Shown here piece after piece: positions 1 to 6,930 of a stretch of 12,815 bases of DNA. Under the pieces are notes generated by a model. It ran no database searches. It saw only the letters and a list, made by a program, of their open reading frames with translations, and was not told where the DNA came from. Position numbers and translations under genes: made by a program. Where the stretch lies: NCBI GenBank assembly GCA_038872135.1, contig JAVZGN010000025.1, positions 1 to 12,815 of the forward strand, in the 5' to 3' direction. This stretch comes from Candidatus Hadarchaeales archaeon (GTDB taxonomy: Archaea; Hadarchaeota; Hadarchaeia; Hadarchaeales; Hadarchaeaceae). The stretch's first letter is position 1, and each line of letters begins with the position of its first letter.

Positions 1-2
1 TT

Positions 3-386
3 CTAAATTGGCTGAAAGAGATGAAATTGGTGAAATTTTCAGAATCTGGTAGATCGAAGTTTGTTTGTCTAACCGAGACTGGAGAAGAAGTTGCAAACGG
101 ACTTTTAGAGCTAATCGCATTTTTAAAACTGGCCGAAATTGACAAAGAGATTGATTTAATCTATGATAAAGCAATTAAAGGAAAATTGGCAGAAGAAATT
201 GATAAAGAAGAAGTTAAAAGTAGGTATTTGTCATTAAAACAAATTTTAACTATTTATTTTGGAAATTCCAACAAAAAAATAGCTCTGTATGCCAGAAATC
301 TGAGTTCAAGGATAAACAAAGTTCTGGAAGAGACACTGGGACACCCTATGATCAGCGAGATTTCTCATGAAGAGTCACAAACCTAA
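3..386 (+). CDS. Winged-helix (MarR-like) DNA-binding protein with C-terminal helical extension; 5'-truncated by the window
   Basis: The frame is open from the window edge (LNWLKEMKLVKFSESGRSKFVCLTETGEEVA), which matches the recognition-helix end and wing pattern L..L...LV....GR...v.LT..G of wHTH proteins. ATG 21 is therefore probably internal. The gene is AT-rich (about 27-33% GC in the two lines counted). Confidence 0.7.
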   Translation, partial: LNWLKEMKLVKFSESGRSKFVCLTETGEEVANGLLELIAFLKLAEIDKEIDLIYDKAIKGKLAEEIDKEEVKSRYLSLKQILTIYFGNSNKKIALYARNLSSRINKVLEETLGHPMISEISHEESQT

Positions 387-443
387 ACAAGGCTTGTGCC
401 TTTCTAAAAGTTTTTGGCAAATGATCCCCCCGAACTCGGTTAT

Positions 444-588
444 TTACTTTATATAAGGTAACTTGAAGGGGGCCGAAATCAGTGGAGTTATTGGTATATT
501 ACTCATTAAAAGGTATTAGTTTACACATAATGAGTTATTTTGTTGCTAGATTACTTTTAATAAAGGTATAATTACTCTTGGAAAGTAT
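444..588. repeat. Array of imperfect palindromes TTACT-N7-9-(G/A)GTAW
   Basis: TTACT-TTATATAA-GGTAA (444-461), TTACT-CATTAAAA-GGTAT (499-516), TTACT-TTTAATAAA-GGTAT (551-569), TTACT-CTTGGAA-AGTAT (572-588). There is also a perfect inverted repeat ACTCATTA (501-508) / TAATGAGT (528-535). Confidence 0.55.
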
Positions 589-745
589 TGTAGCAGAAAC
601 TGGGAATTGGCGACGAATTCGACTGGAGCCGATAGTCAGGCACAGAAAAACAGGATTAAGTAGCGAAAGGTGGCCATATCAAATGAAAGAGGTAAGATAG
701 TGGCATAATCGTTCTAGGATAAAGGGAAGCATCCGGATAATGCCC

Positions 746-2203
746 TCAGCGAAGGTAAGTTTTCGCATTCGAAGTGAATTCTCTTGTTTCAGAAGTAGTA
801 TCGGCGAAGGCTTCAACCATAATCTCATTGTCCCCGCGCATCTCAACAATCAGCAACCCCACCCGTTCTCCCGTGAACGAGCCACCTGGGCCACCAGGGG
901 TGTATCGGTAAAGCTTGTATGCGACTTTCCCTGAAGAGGGAGTGACATTTTCAGGAGCCGGCCCCTCAGCTTGGTAAGCTCCGCGAGAGAGACCATCTGC
1001 TCCACCGAAGTCGCTTCCAATCGAAACCATCTTTTTGTTCGGCTCGTAGTTCGAATATACAAAGGCAATTGCATAGCTTTCATCCCCCCCTCTTTCCGAT
1101 TTTGGAGGCGTGTCAGAGCGCCACCAGTTACCGATCAGTTTCCTAGGTTGGTCATAGCAGACCACCCCATCCTTGTCCGTCCCGGTCCTGTTGACTTTCG
1201 AGTAAAGCCGGCTACGGATTGGCTCTTTGAAATATTTCAGTGGAGCATCGGCGTGAAGCCGTGTTTCAAAATATCTTTCCGGGTTGGCGAATGGAAGCGT
1301 GAGATTGGCATTCAGAACTCCCAAATCGAACGCCGATGGCGGGGCCGTCACCCCAAGCCGCTGCCCAGCTTCGACCCAATCTCCCACTTTTATGGTGTTA
1401 TCGAGATGGAGGTGGACGAGGTAATAGGTGTAAGAGCTCGTGGCACCGATTGTAATACTTTGATCGTTCGTTTGGCTGAAGTAGTAAGTTCTCAGAACTT
1501 TCCCTCCAGCTGGGGCGGTAACTTCGAGCTGGCTCTGCCCATACACGAAATAGATGTGGTCGGTGGGGGTTGTGTGGCCTGGCGGTTGTGTGTTTCCTAA
1601 GGGAATGATATATTGGATTGAACTCTCGGGGATGGGCGAGTAGCTGAACTCAAGGGAACCTGAGGGAAGGCTCGGATCGAAAGCCGCCTCTCCTTCGGGC
1701 GGGCCCTTCCAGCATTCCTTAACTAACGACCACGGGCCGGCGACAATACCCAAAATCGTTGCTCCGCCCACATGGGGGTCGCCGCTCGTGACAAATATGA
1801 ACGCTCCGTTATCGCCTCTCTTGTAGAGCAGCATGCCGATTGTCACATTTGGTTGATCGGGAGGAGAAAAGGTATTTTCTTTTTCCAATGTCCAGTCAGT
1901 CAACTGCCCTTTGTACCAGCTCACAACATCCTGAAGGGTCGCGGTGACTGTATACCCCTCACAGCCGGCGTTTTCAGGTATCCCGAAGGCCGACTTCATA
2001 TCGCTAGGAATCGAAAATCCTGTTGCCCCACCGTACACGGGGATTCCCATCGCCTCTGTCCCACTCTCCGGCTGGGTTTCGCTCGGGGCACCACCCGGCC
2101 CCGCTTGCTTTACAACGAAAAGGTATAATCCAACCCCGACTGCAGCTACAGCCACGATGACCGCCGCAATAATTGCTAAAGGGGCGACTCCTTTTTCACG
2201 CAT
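746..2203 (-). CDS. Secreted or membrane-anchored protein (485 aa) with class III-like signal peptide and divergent M23/LytM-like barrel-sandwich domain
   Basis: Start moved from 2359 to ATG 2203 (MREKG|VAPLAIIAAVIVAVAAVGVGLYLFV), with a TTTTTAAG box about 28 nt upstream. A Pro/Gly linker is followed by a small alpha/beta domain (IPVYGGA...VVSWYKGQL..W) and then M23-like elements VTAPAGGKV, YYLVHL and IKVGDWVEAGQRLG. Confidence 0.7.
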   Translation of the reverse strand: MREKGVAPLAIIAAVIVAVAAVGVGLYLFVVKQAGPGGAPSETQPESGTEAMGIPVYGGATGFSIPSDMKSAFGIPENAGCEGYTVTATLQDVVSWYKGQLTDWTLEKENTFSPPDQPNVTIGMLLYKRGDNGAFIFVTSGDPHVGGATILGIVAGPWSLVKECWKGPPEGEAAFDPSLPSGSLEFSYSPIPESSIQYIIPLGNTQPPGHTTPTDHIYFVYGQSQLEVTAPAGGKVLRTYYFSQTNDQSITIGATSSYTYYLVHLHLDNTIKVGDWVEAGQRLGVTAPPSAFDLGVLNANLTLPFANPERYFETRLHADAPLKYFKEPIRSRLYSKVNRTGTDKDGVVCYDQPRKLIGNWWRSDTPPKSERGGDESYAIAFVYSNYEPNKKMVSIGSDFGGADGLSRGAYQAEGPAPENVTPSSGKVAYKLYRYTPGGPGGSFTGERVGLLIVEMRGDNEIMVEAFADTTSETREFTSNAKTYLR

Positions 2204-2220
2204 TATAGTCAAAGCTATTT

Positions 2221-2249
2221 TCCGACATTTCTTAAAAACTATTGTCGGA
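2221..2249 (-). promoter_or_regulatory. TATA box of the surface-protein gene flanked by a perfect 7-bp inverted repeat (putative operator)
   Basis: TCCGACA (2221-2227) and TGTCGGA (2243-2249) enclose CTTAAAAAC (GTTTTTAAG on the minus strand, 2231-2239). Confidence 0.5.
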
Positions 2250-2534
2250 TGTAAACTTTCCAAGTTAACATTGCCGGGCCCCACAAATCTGATAAAAATG
2301 GTCTGGACGTTCGTCTTCGTGGGAACGATTATCCTCACCGAGGTGATTGAGGACTTCATACGGAAGAAGGTCGCGCCGTTTTGGAACCGGAGCCAAACTC
2401 GACTGTCTCAAGAGTTCGTCGGGTGAAATAAACGAGTGACCGCAAGAGCACGAGGCTGACCGAAACCACGAGTAGCAAGCCTCACAAGCCAACAAAACTG
2501 GCGCCGACGTTGAGCGACATCGCTAGATGGTCAA

Positions 2535-2550
2535 CAATGGCATGACATTG
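2535..2550. promoter_or_regulatory. 16-bp near-palindrome upstream of acs (putative regulator site)
   Basis: CAATGGCATGACATTG is 14/16 self-complementary and is nested within CTAGAT (2523-2528) / ATCTAG (2553-2558). A further half-site CAATGTC lies at 2588-2594. Confidence 0.35.
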
Positions 2551-2618
2551 AAATCTAGTAATGTTTTTCTACGCATGAGAAAATCGCCAATGTCTGCAGA
2601 GCAACTGTCAGCCCCAAC

Positions 2619-2644
2619 TTTTTAAGTGCAATTTTTATAGAGGT
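2619..2644 (+). promoter_or_regulatory. TATA-like box and SD-like motif for acs
   Basis: TTTTTAAG at 2619-2626 and GAGGT at 2640-2644, before GTG 2646 / ATG 2649. Confidence 0.45.
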
Positions 2645-2648
2645 AGTG

Positions 2649-4670
2649 ATGGCGGGAAGAGTTTATGAAGAGTTTGAAACAAACATCATCCCACCCAGCT
2701 GGAAAGACAGAATCATGAGCAAGGAGGAGTTCAAGCAGTTTTATCATGAGACAGTAAAGGACAAGGCCGCGATTGAGAAATGGTGGGAGAAATGGGCAGA
2801 ACAGCTTTTCTGGTTTAAGCGATGGACCAAGGTTTTAGATGACAGCCGAGCTCCATTTTACAGGTGGTTTGTGGGAGGTGAGACAAATCTCGCCTATCTC
2901 TGCACAGACTGGCAGCTCCAGCAGGGAAGGGGTGAAAAAGTTGCCATCATCTGGGAGGGAGAGCCCTGGGATGAATCTGCAGGCAGGCCGAAAGAGATAA
3001 GGAAGTTGACATTTCAGGACATGCACAGGGAATCCAATAGAATTGCGATAGCCCTCAGAGAAAAGCTCGAGGTTAAAAAGGGCGAAATCCTCACATTTTA
3101 TCTTCCGATGATTCCTGAACTCCCCCTCTACATGCTTGCGGTGCAGAGGCTGGGAGCAAAGCACAGTGCCGTGTACAGCGGTTTCAGCGCCGAGGCCCTC
3201 GCCACAAGAGCGATCGCCGCAGGTTCCAGGATAATCGTCACCTCCGATGGACTCTACAGAAGAGGCAAAGTCATTTCCCTCAAGCCCATCGTAGACGAAG
3301 CTGTGAAGCTTTGCCAGGAGCGGGGGCACAAGATCGAGAAAATTATTGTTGTGCGACGGGTCGGCCACGAAATTCCCTGGACAGAAGAAACAGACATATG
3401 GCATCACGATTTCATAAAAGATATTTCTGGAGACCGAATAGTTGAGGCTGAGAGGCTTGGCTCAGATGATTTTTCATTTATCCTCTACACCTCTGGAACC
3501 ACCGCAGCCCCAAAAGGTGCACAGATGTCAGTTGGGGGGTATGCGGTGGGACTGTATGCGACCATGAAGGCCATTTTTGACATAAGGGATGCAGATGTTT
3601 ACTGGTGCACGGCGGACATCGGGTGGATAACCGGTCACTCTTACATCGTCTATGGGCCTCTCATGACAGGAACTACAACCCTCATGTATGAGGGCGCCCC
3701 AGACTTTCCGGCCCCAGACAGATGGTGGGACATAATTGAGAGACATCGAGTGACAGTCTTCTACACCACTCCCACCGCTATTAGGATGCTGATGAAGTTT
3801 CCCGAAGAATTCGTGAAAAAACATGACCTCTCAACCCTTAGGATCGTCCACTCTGTGGGCGAGCCGATAAATCCCGAAGCTTTCAAATGGTACTTCAAAA
3901 ATCTGGGGAGAGAAGATGTTGTGGCATCGAGCACTTGGTGGATGACTGAAACAGGGCAGATGCTCACCGGCCACTTCCCTGGTCTCGGGAGAATCTTTCC
4001 GATGAAGCCCGGGACTAATGGCTACCCTTTCCCAGGCGTTGGGGTGGCCGTGGTAGATGATGAGGGTAAACGATGTACTCCCGGCACTCGGGGTTACTTT
4101 GTAATAACAACACCGTGGCCGGCGATGCTCATGACCCTCTACAAAGACGACGAGCGCTATGTTGAAGTCTACTGGGGGAAATACAAGGACAAGTTCTACA
4201 CCGGTGACTTCGCGGTGGAGGATGGAGATGGCTACATCTGGGTGCTAGGTAGGGCAGACGATGTACTGAAGGTGGCTGGCCACAGGATAGGGACAGCTGA
4301 AGTGGAATCGGCGATGATCAAGCACAGGGCGGTGGCGGAATCTGCATGCGTCGGGAAGCCCGATCCTATCAAGGGGGAAGTCCCATACATCTTCACCGCC
4401 CTGAAAAATGGCTTCACCCCCAGCCAGGAGCTCATGAATGATATCCGGCTCCACCTCAGGAAAACGATAGGGCCGGTGGTAGCATCCGACAGCACCATAA
4501 TTTTCGTCGACATCCTTCCGAAAACGAGAAGCGGGAAGATTATGAGGAGGCTTCTGAGGGCGGTTGTGAGTGGAGCACCGCTGGGGGACGTGACAACGCT
4601 TGAAGATGGGGTAGCGGTTCAGGAAGCGATAAAAGCTTACCAAGCAATCAAAGCCGCGATGGAAAAATAA
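2649..4670 (+). CDS. acs: AMP-forming acetyl-CoA synthetase (acetate--CoA ligase)
   Basis: Motifs YRWFVGGETN, YTSGTTAAPKG (P-loop), TADIGWITGHSY, SVGEPINPEA, TWWMTETG, YTGD, GRADD and PKTRSGKIMRR (catalytic, acetylatable Lys). The start is ATG 2649 or GTG 2646. Confidence 0.95.
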   Translation: MAGRVYEEFETNIIPPSWKDRIMSKEEFKQFYHETVKDKAAIEKWWEKWAEQLFWFKRWTKVLDDSRAPFYRWFVGGETNLAYLCTDWQLQQGRGEKVAIIWEGEPWDESAGRPKEIRKLTFQDMHRESNRIAIALREKLEVKKGEILTFYLPMIPELPLYMLAVQRLGAKHSAVYSGFSAEALATRAIAAGSRIIVTSDGLYRRGKVISLKPIVDEAVKLCQERGHKIEKIIVVRRVGHEIPWTEETDIWHHDFIKDISGDRIVEAERLGSDDFSFILYTSGTTAAPKGAQMSVGGYAVGLYATMKAIFDIRDADVYWCTADIGWITGHSYIVYGPLMTGTTTLMYEGAPDFPAPDRWWDIIERHRVTVFYTTPTAIRMLMKFPEEFVKKHDLSTLRIVHSVGEPINPEAFKWYFKNLGREDVVASSTWWMTETGQMLTGHFPGLGRIFPMKPGTNGYPFPGVGVAVVDDEGKRCTPGTRGYFVITTPWPAMLMTLYKDDERYVEVYWGKYKDKFYTGDFAVEDGDGYIWVLGRADDVLKVAGHRIGTAEVESAMIKHRAVAESACVGKPDPIKGEVPYIFTALKNGFTPSQELMNDIRLHLRKTIGPVVASDSTIIFVDILPKTRSGKIMRRLLRAVVSGAPLGDVTTLEDGVAVQEAIKAYQAIKAAMEK

Positions 4671-4674
4671 CACT

Positions 4675-5037
4675 TCAGGGCCGCTTCACTCCCCGCTTCC
4701 TAATCATCTTTTTCAGTTCTTCATCAGAAATCTTTGGAATGGGAATTTCTTTTGTGGGAACGAGTTTTGATTTTAAGGGAGAAATGGCCTTCCCCATTAT
4801 AGCCGTGATGACGACTGCTAGAAGACCAACATAAATCTGAGGTCTCTCCAGCCACTGGAGAGGAATGGAGATGAAAATGGTAAGGGAAACTATCAGGAGA
4901 CCAAGACCGGAAGCTAGACCAAGAGTGAACCATGGACGCCTGTGGTATATCACGGTTAGCTTCCCGCCCCATCCAATGAGGAGGGCTTCTAGACCAAGGG
5001 CTAAGGAGCCGGCTATCAAGAGGATGTAGATAAGCAT
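4675..5037 (-). CDS. Small integral membrane protein (about 3 TM helices, basic C-terminal tail), function unknown
   Basis: Three hydrophobic segments, a GGTGG SD-like motif upstream and an AT box TTATTTTAAAAT about 30 nt upstream. It fills the gap convergent with acs (4-nt spacing). Confidence 0.7.
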   Translation of the reverse strand: MLIYILLIAGSLALGLEALLIGWGGKLTVIYHRRPWFTLGLASGLGLLIVSLTIFISIPLQWLERPQIYVGLLAVVITAIMGKAISPLKSKLVPTKEIPIPKISDEELKKMIRKRGVKRP

Positions 5038-5255
5038 TCTCTCATTACCACCTTTCTTTCCTTCATTTTAAAATAACTGGAGAACATGATTGAGCTTTTT
5101 TCTTGAGAATAAGAAAAGATGAACGACGATGGGTTTATTTTTGGCATATTTTTGAAATTAGAGCGAAAATTTTCCTTTTTTTAGAAAAAAATGAACGGTT
5201 TTTAGAGAGTTGATAAATAAGGGTTGGAGATAAGTGCTATTGTAAAATCGATGAG

Positions 5256-5289
5256 CCGGGCGGTGATAGGGGCCGTCCGGGGAGCTCTA
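5256..5289 (+). promoter_or_regulatory. GC-rich hairpin in the likely 5' leader of the DUF5667-like operon
   Basis: CCGGGCGG (5256-5263) pairs with CCGTCCGG (5273-5280) with one G-U pair and a 9-nt loop. It lies downstream of the AT box GATAAATAAG (5212-5221) and upstream of the SD AAGGAGG (5300-5306). Confidence 0.4.
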
Positions 5290-5314
5290 CCCGAAATCAA
5301 AGGAGGGAAGAGAA

Positions 5315-6694
5315 ATGTTTGGGATGGACTCAAGAGGGATCGCCACGGTGGCCGTGGTCATCGTGGTGGTGTCTACAGCGGGAGGAGTGGCAACTCCAGT
5401 GATAGTGGACACAATCGACGTTGATCCAGAGAGTCCATTCTATGGGCTTGAGCGCATAGGAGAAGGAATGAAAGAGGCCGTCCTTGGTGGTCAGGGCTTC
5501 GACATAGCTCTAGCAGAGGAGCGAGTGAAGGAATTTAAAGTGATGAACGAGCGGGGAAAAAGCACAGCATACCTTGGGCTAGTGGACGAGGCTGAGGATC
5601 GCATGGCTTCGGCGGTGAAGAGGGCCGGCGATGAGCGTGGATTGGTAAAAGCTGCAGAAGCTGTGAAAGTTCACTTGGCAGTGTTGGAGAATGTGAGGGA
5701 AAAAGTTCCGGAGGAGGCGAAAGTGGCGTTGGGCCTCGCTATCTCCAGAAGTTCCAGAAGCGCTTTGATACTTGCTGAGCTCAAGGCAGGAAAGTTGGCG
5801 AAGGAAAAGGTTGGCGAACTCATCGACGCCGTGAAAGAAAACGTGGAAAAGATGAAAGAGGAAGTAAAGATTTTGCCGGTAGCCACAGCGGCCCAGACAA
5901 TCGAAAAGAAGACAGTAGAAGATCTTCTCGATGGCCTCAAGGATGTCACTGACCCGCAGCCATACATTGATGTGATAGAGATGACTGGGAAAAAGCTGAT
6001 GAAAGTCGTGGAGCGGGTGGAAGAGATAGCAGAGAAAAATGAGAATGTTCAGCGGGGATTGGAAATGGCGAAAGAGGCGATTTCCAAGCACCTGTTGGTG
6101 CTGGAAAATGTCTATGCGAGGGTGCCAGAAGCAGCCAGGCCGGCCATAGCTCTAGCTATAACCCACAGCACAAAAGCGATTGAAGTAATTTCCGCCGTTG
6201 AGGCTGGAGTGATTCCAGCAACAGCACTTGAGGAGAGAATCGATGTGGCTGAGGAGGAAATAGAGAAGTTAAGGGAAGAAGTCGAAGAGAACTTAAAAAC
6301 GCAGCGTTCGGTGGAGGTCGCCTACAACGTGAATCTCATGGTTGTTGAAAGGCTATCCGAGAAAATCGAGGAATTGCCCGAGAAAGCCAAGCTGCTGGTT
6401 CAACCAATTGTTGTCAAAATACCAAACATCGCAAGGGATGTGAGAAGCCCAGAGGCCCTTCAGAGAGCAATAGCTGTTTCTGAGAAGTCTCTCAAAATAA
6501 TTGAGAACATCCCAGAAAATCTCAGAGTAGAATTTGAGAATGTAATTTCATGGCTTCAGAGTTACACAAGTGCTTTGAACACAATCGCGGGAGAAGTCTC
6601 CACGATCACAAACTGGGAAGAAAAAATGAAGTCAGAAATGGAGACGGTAGCGATCTCTCCGATGCTCACAAAAGCTGTCTATCCAACCGCTTGA
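5315..6694 (+). CDS. DUF5667-like all-helical surface protein with internal duplication and class III-like N-terminus
   Basis: N-terminus DSRG|IATVAVVIVVVS. PESPFYGLERIGE...LAEERVKE resembles the DUF5667 signature. There are two copies of RGL..A.EA...HL.VLENV...VPE.A..A..LAI..S. Strong SD AAGGAGGGAAG. Confidence 0.8.
   Translation: MFGMDSRGIATVAVVIVVVSTAGGVATPVIVDTIDVDPESPFYGLERIGEGMKEAVLGGQGFDIALAEERVKEFKVMNERGKSTAYLGLVDEAEDRMASAVKRAGDERGLVKAAEAVKVHLAVLENVREKVPEEAKVALGLAISRSSRSALILAELKAGKLAKEKVGELIDAVKENVEKMKEEVKILPVATAAQTIEKKTVEDLLDGLKDVTDPQPYIDVIEMTGKKLMKVVERVEEIAEKNENVQRGLEMAKEAISKHLLVLENVYARVPEAARPAIALAITHSTKAIEVISAVEAGVIPATALEERIDVAEEEIEKLREEVEENLKTQRSVEVAYNVNLMVVERLSEKIEELPEKAKLLVQPIVVKIPNIARDVRSPEALQRAIAVSEKSLKIIENIPENLRVEFENVISWLQSYTSALNTIAGEVSTITNWEEKMKSEMETVAISPMLTKAVYPTA
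5636..6283 (+). repeat. Protein-level internal repeat (aa 108-184 vs aa 247-323, period 139 aa)
   Basis: RGLVKAAEAVKVHLAVLENVREKVPEEAKVALGLAISRS...EKMKEEV (5636-5866) aligns without gaps to RGLEMAKEAISKHLLVLENVYARVPEAARPAIALAITHS...EKLREEV (6053-6283). Confidence 0.85.
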
Positions 6695-6708
6695 AGGAGG
6701 GAAGCGCG

Positions 6709-6927
6709 ATGAGCGACAGCGAGCTGATAGCAACAATGCTGCTCTCCATCCTCCTTCCAGTTGTGCTGCTTGCATGGCCGGCTCTCTCTGCACCTATCGA
6801 CAGCACAGCAAAGGCAATGGCCCTCCTCATACCTGCAGTTATAGCGGCGGTTATCGCGGCGGCCCTCTGGTGGGTAACTCGCTGGCTACACAAGAAATCA
6901 TTAAAATCAAAAAGAGCAGAAATGTAA
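6709..6927 (+). CDS. 72-aa two-TM membrane microprotein
   Basis: Start moved from 6550 to ATG 6709. It is preceded by AAGGAGGGAAG + 4 nt, the same leader and spacing as at 5315. Two hydrophobic helices and a basic tail; 3-nt gap to the next gene. Confidence 0.75.
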   Translation: MSDSELIATMLLSILLPVVLLAWPALSAPIDSTAKAMALLIPAVIAAVIAAALWWVTRWLHKKSLKSKRAEM

Positions 6928-6930
6928 AGG

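Noticed and set aside
426..490. Canonical Orc1/Cdc6 ORB elements
   Set aside because: G/C strings are present, but there is no TCCA-N-GAAAC-type core attached to them and no cdc6 in the window.
519..545. Xer dif-like site (TTTACACATAA-TGAG-TTATTTTGTTG)
   Set aside because: The spacer is 4 nt rather than 6 and the arm symmetry is poor.
387..745. CRISPR array, or the 40-codon ORF starting at TTG 578
   Set aside because: The repeats are short, degenerate and irregularly spaced. The ORF has no SD or recognisable features.
2204..2359. 52-aa N-terminal extension of the 537-aa ORF
   Set aside because: It would bury the signal peptide and spans the TATA box and inverted repeat. ATG 2203 fits better.
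2452..2483. Hammerhead ribozyme (CTGA...GAAA)
   Set aside because: There is no CUGANGA core followed by stem II.
5262..5290. Fluoride (crcB) riboswitch resemblance (GGTGAT...CTAC)
   Set aside because: It lacks the AACCGC/GCTGATG elements and the length of the motif, and no fluoride-related gene lies downstream.
6550..6708. N-terminal extension of the 125-aa ORF
   Set aside because: It overlaps the upstream gene out of frame, and a strong SD supports ATG 6709.
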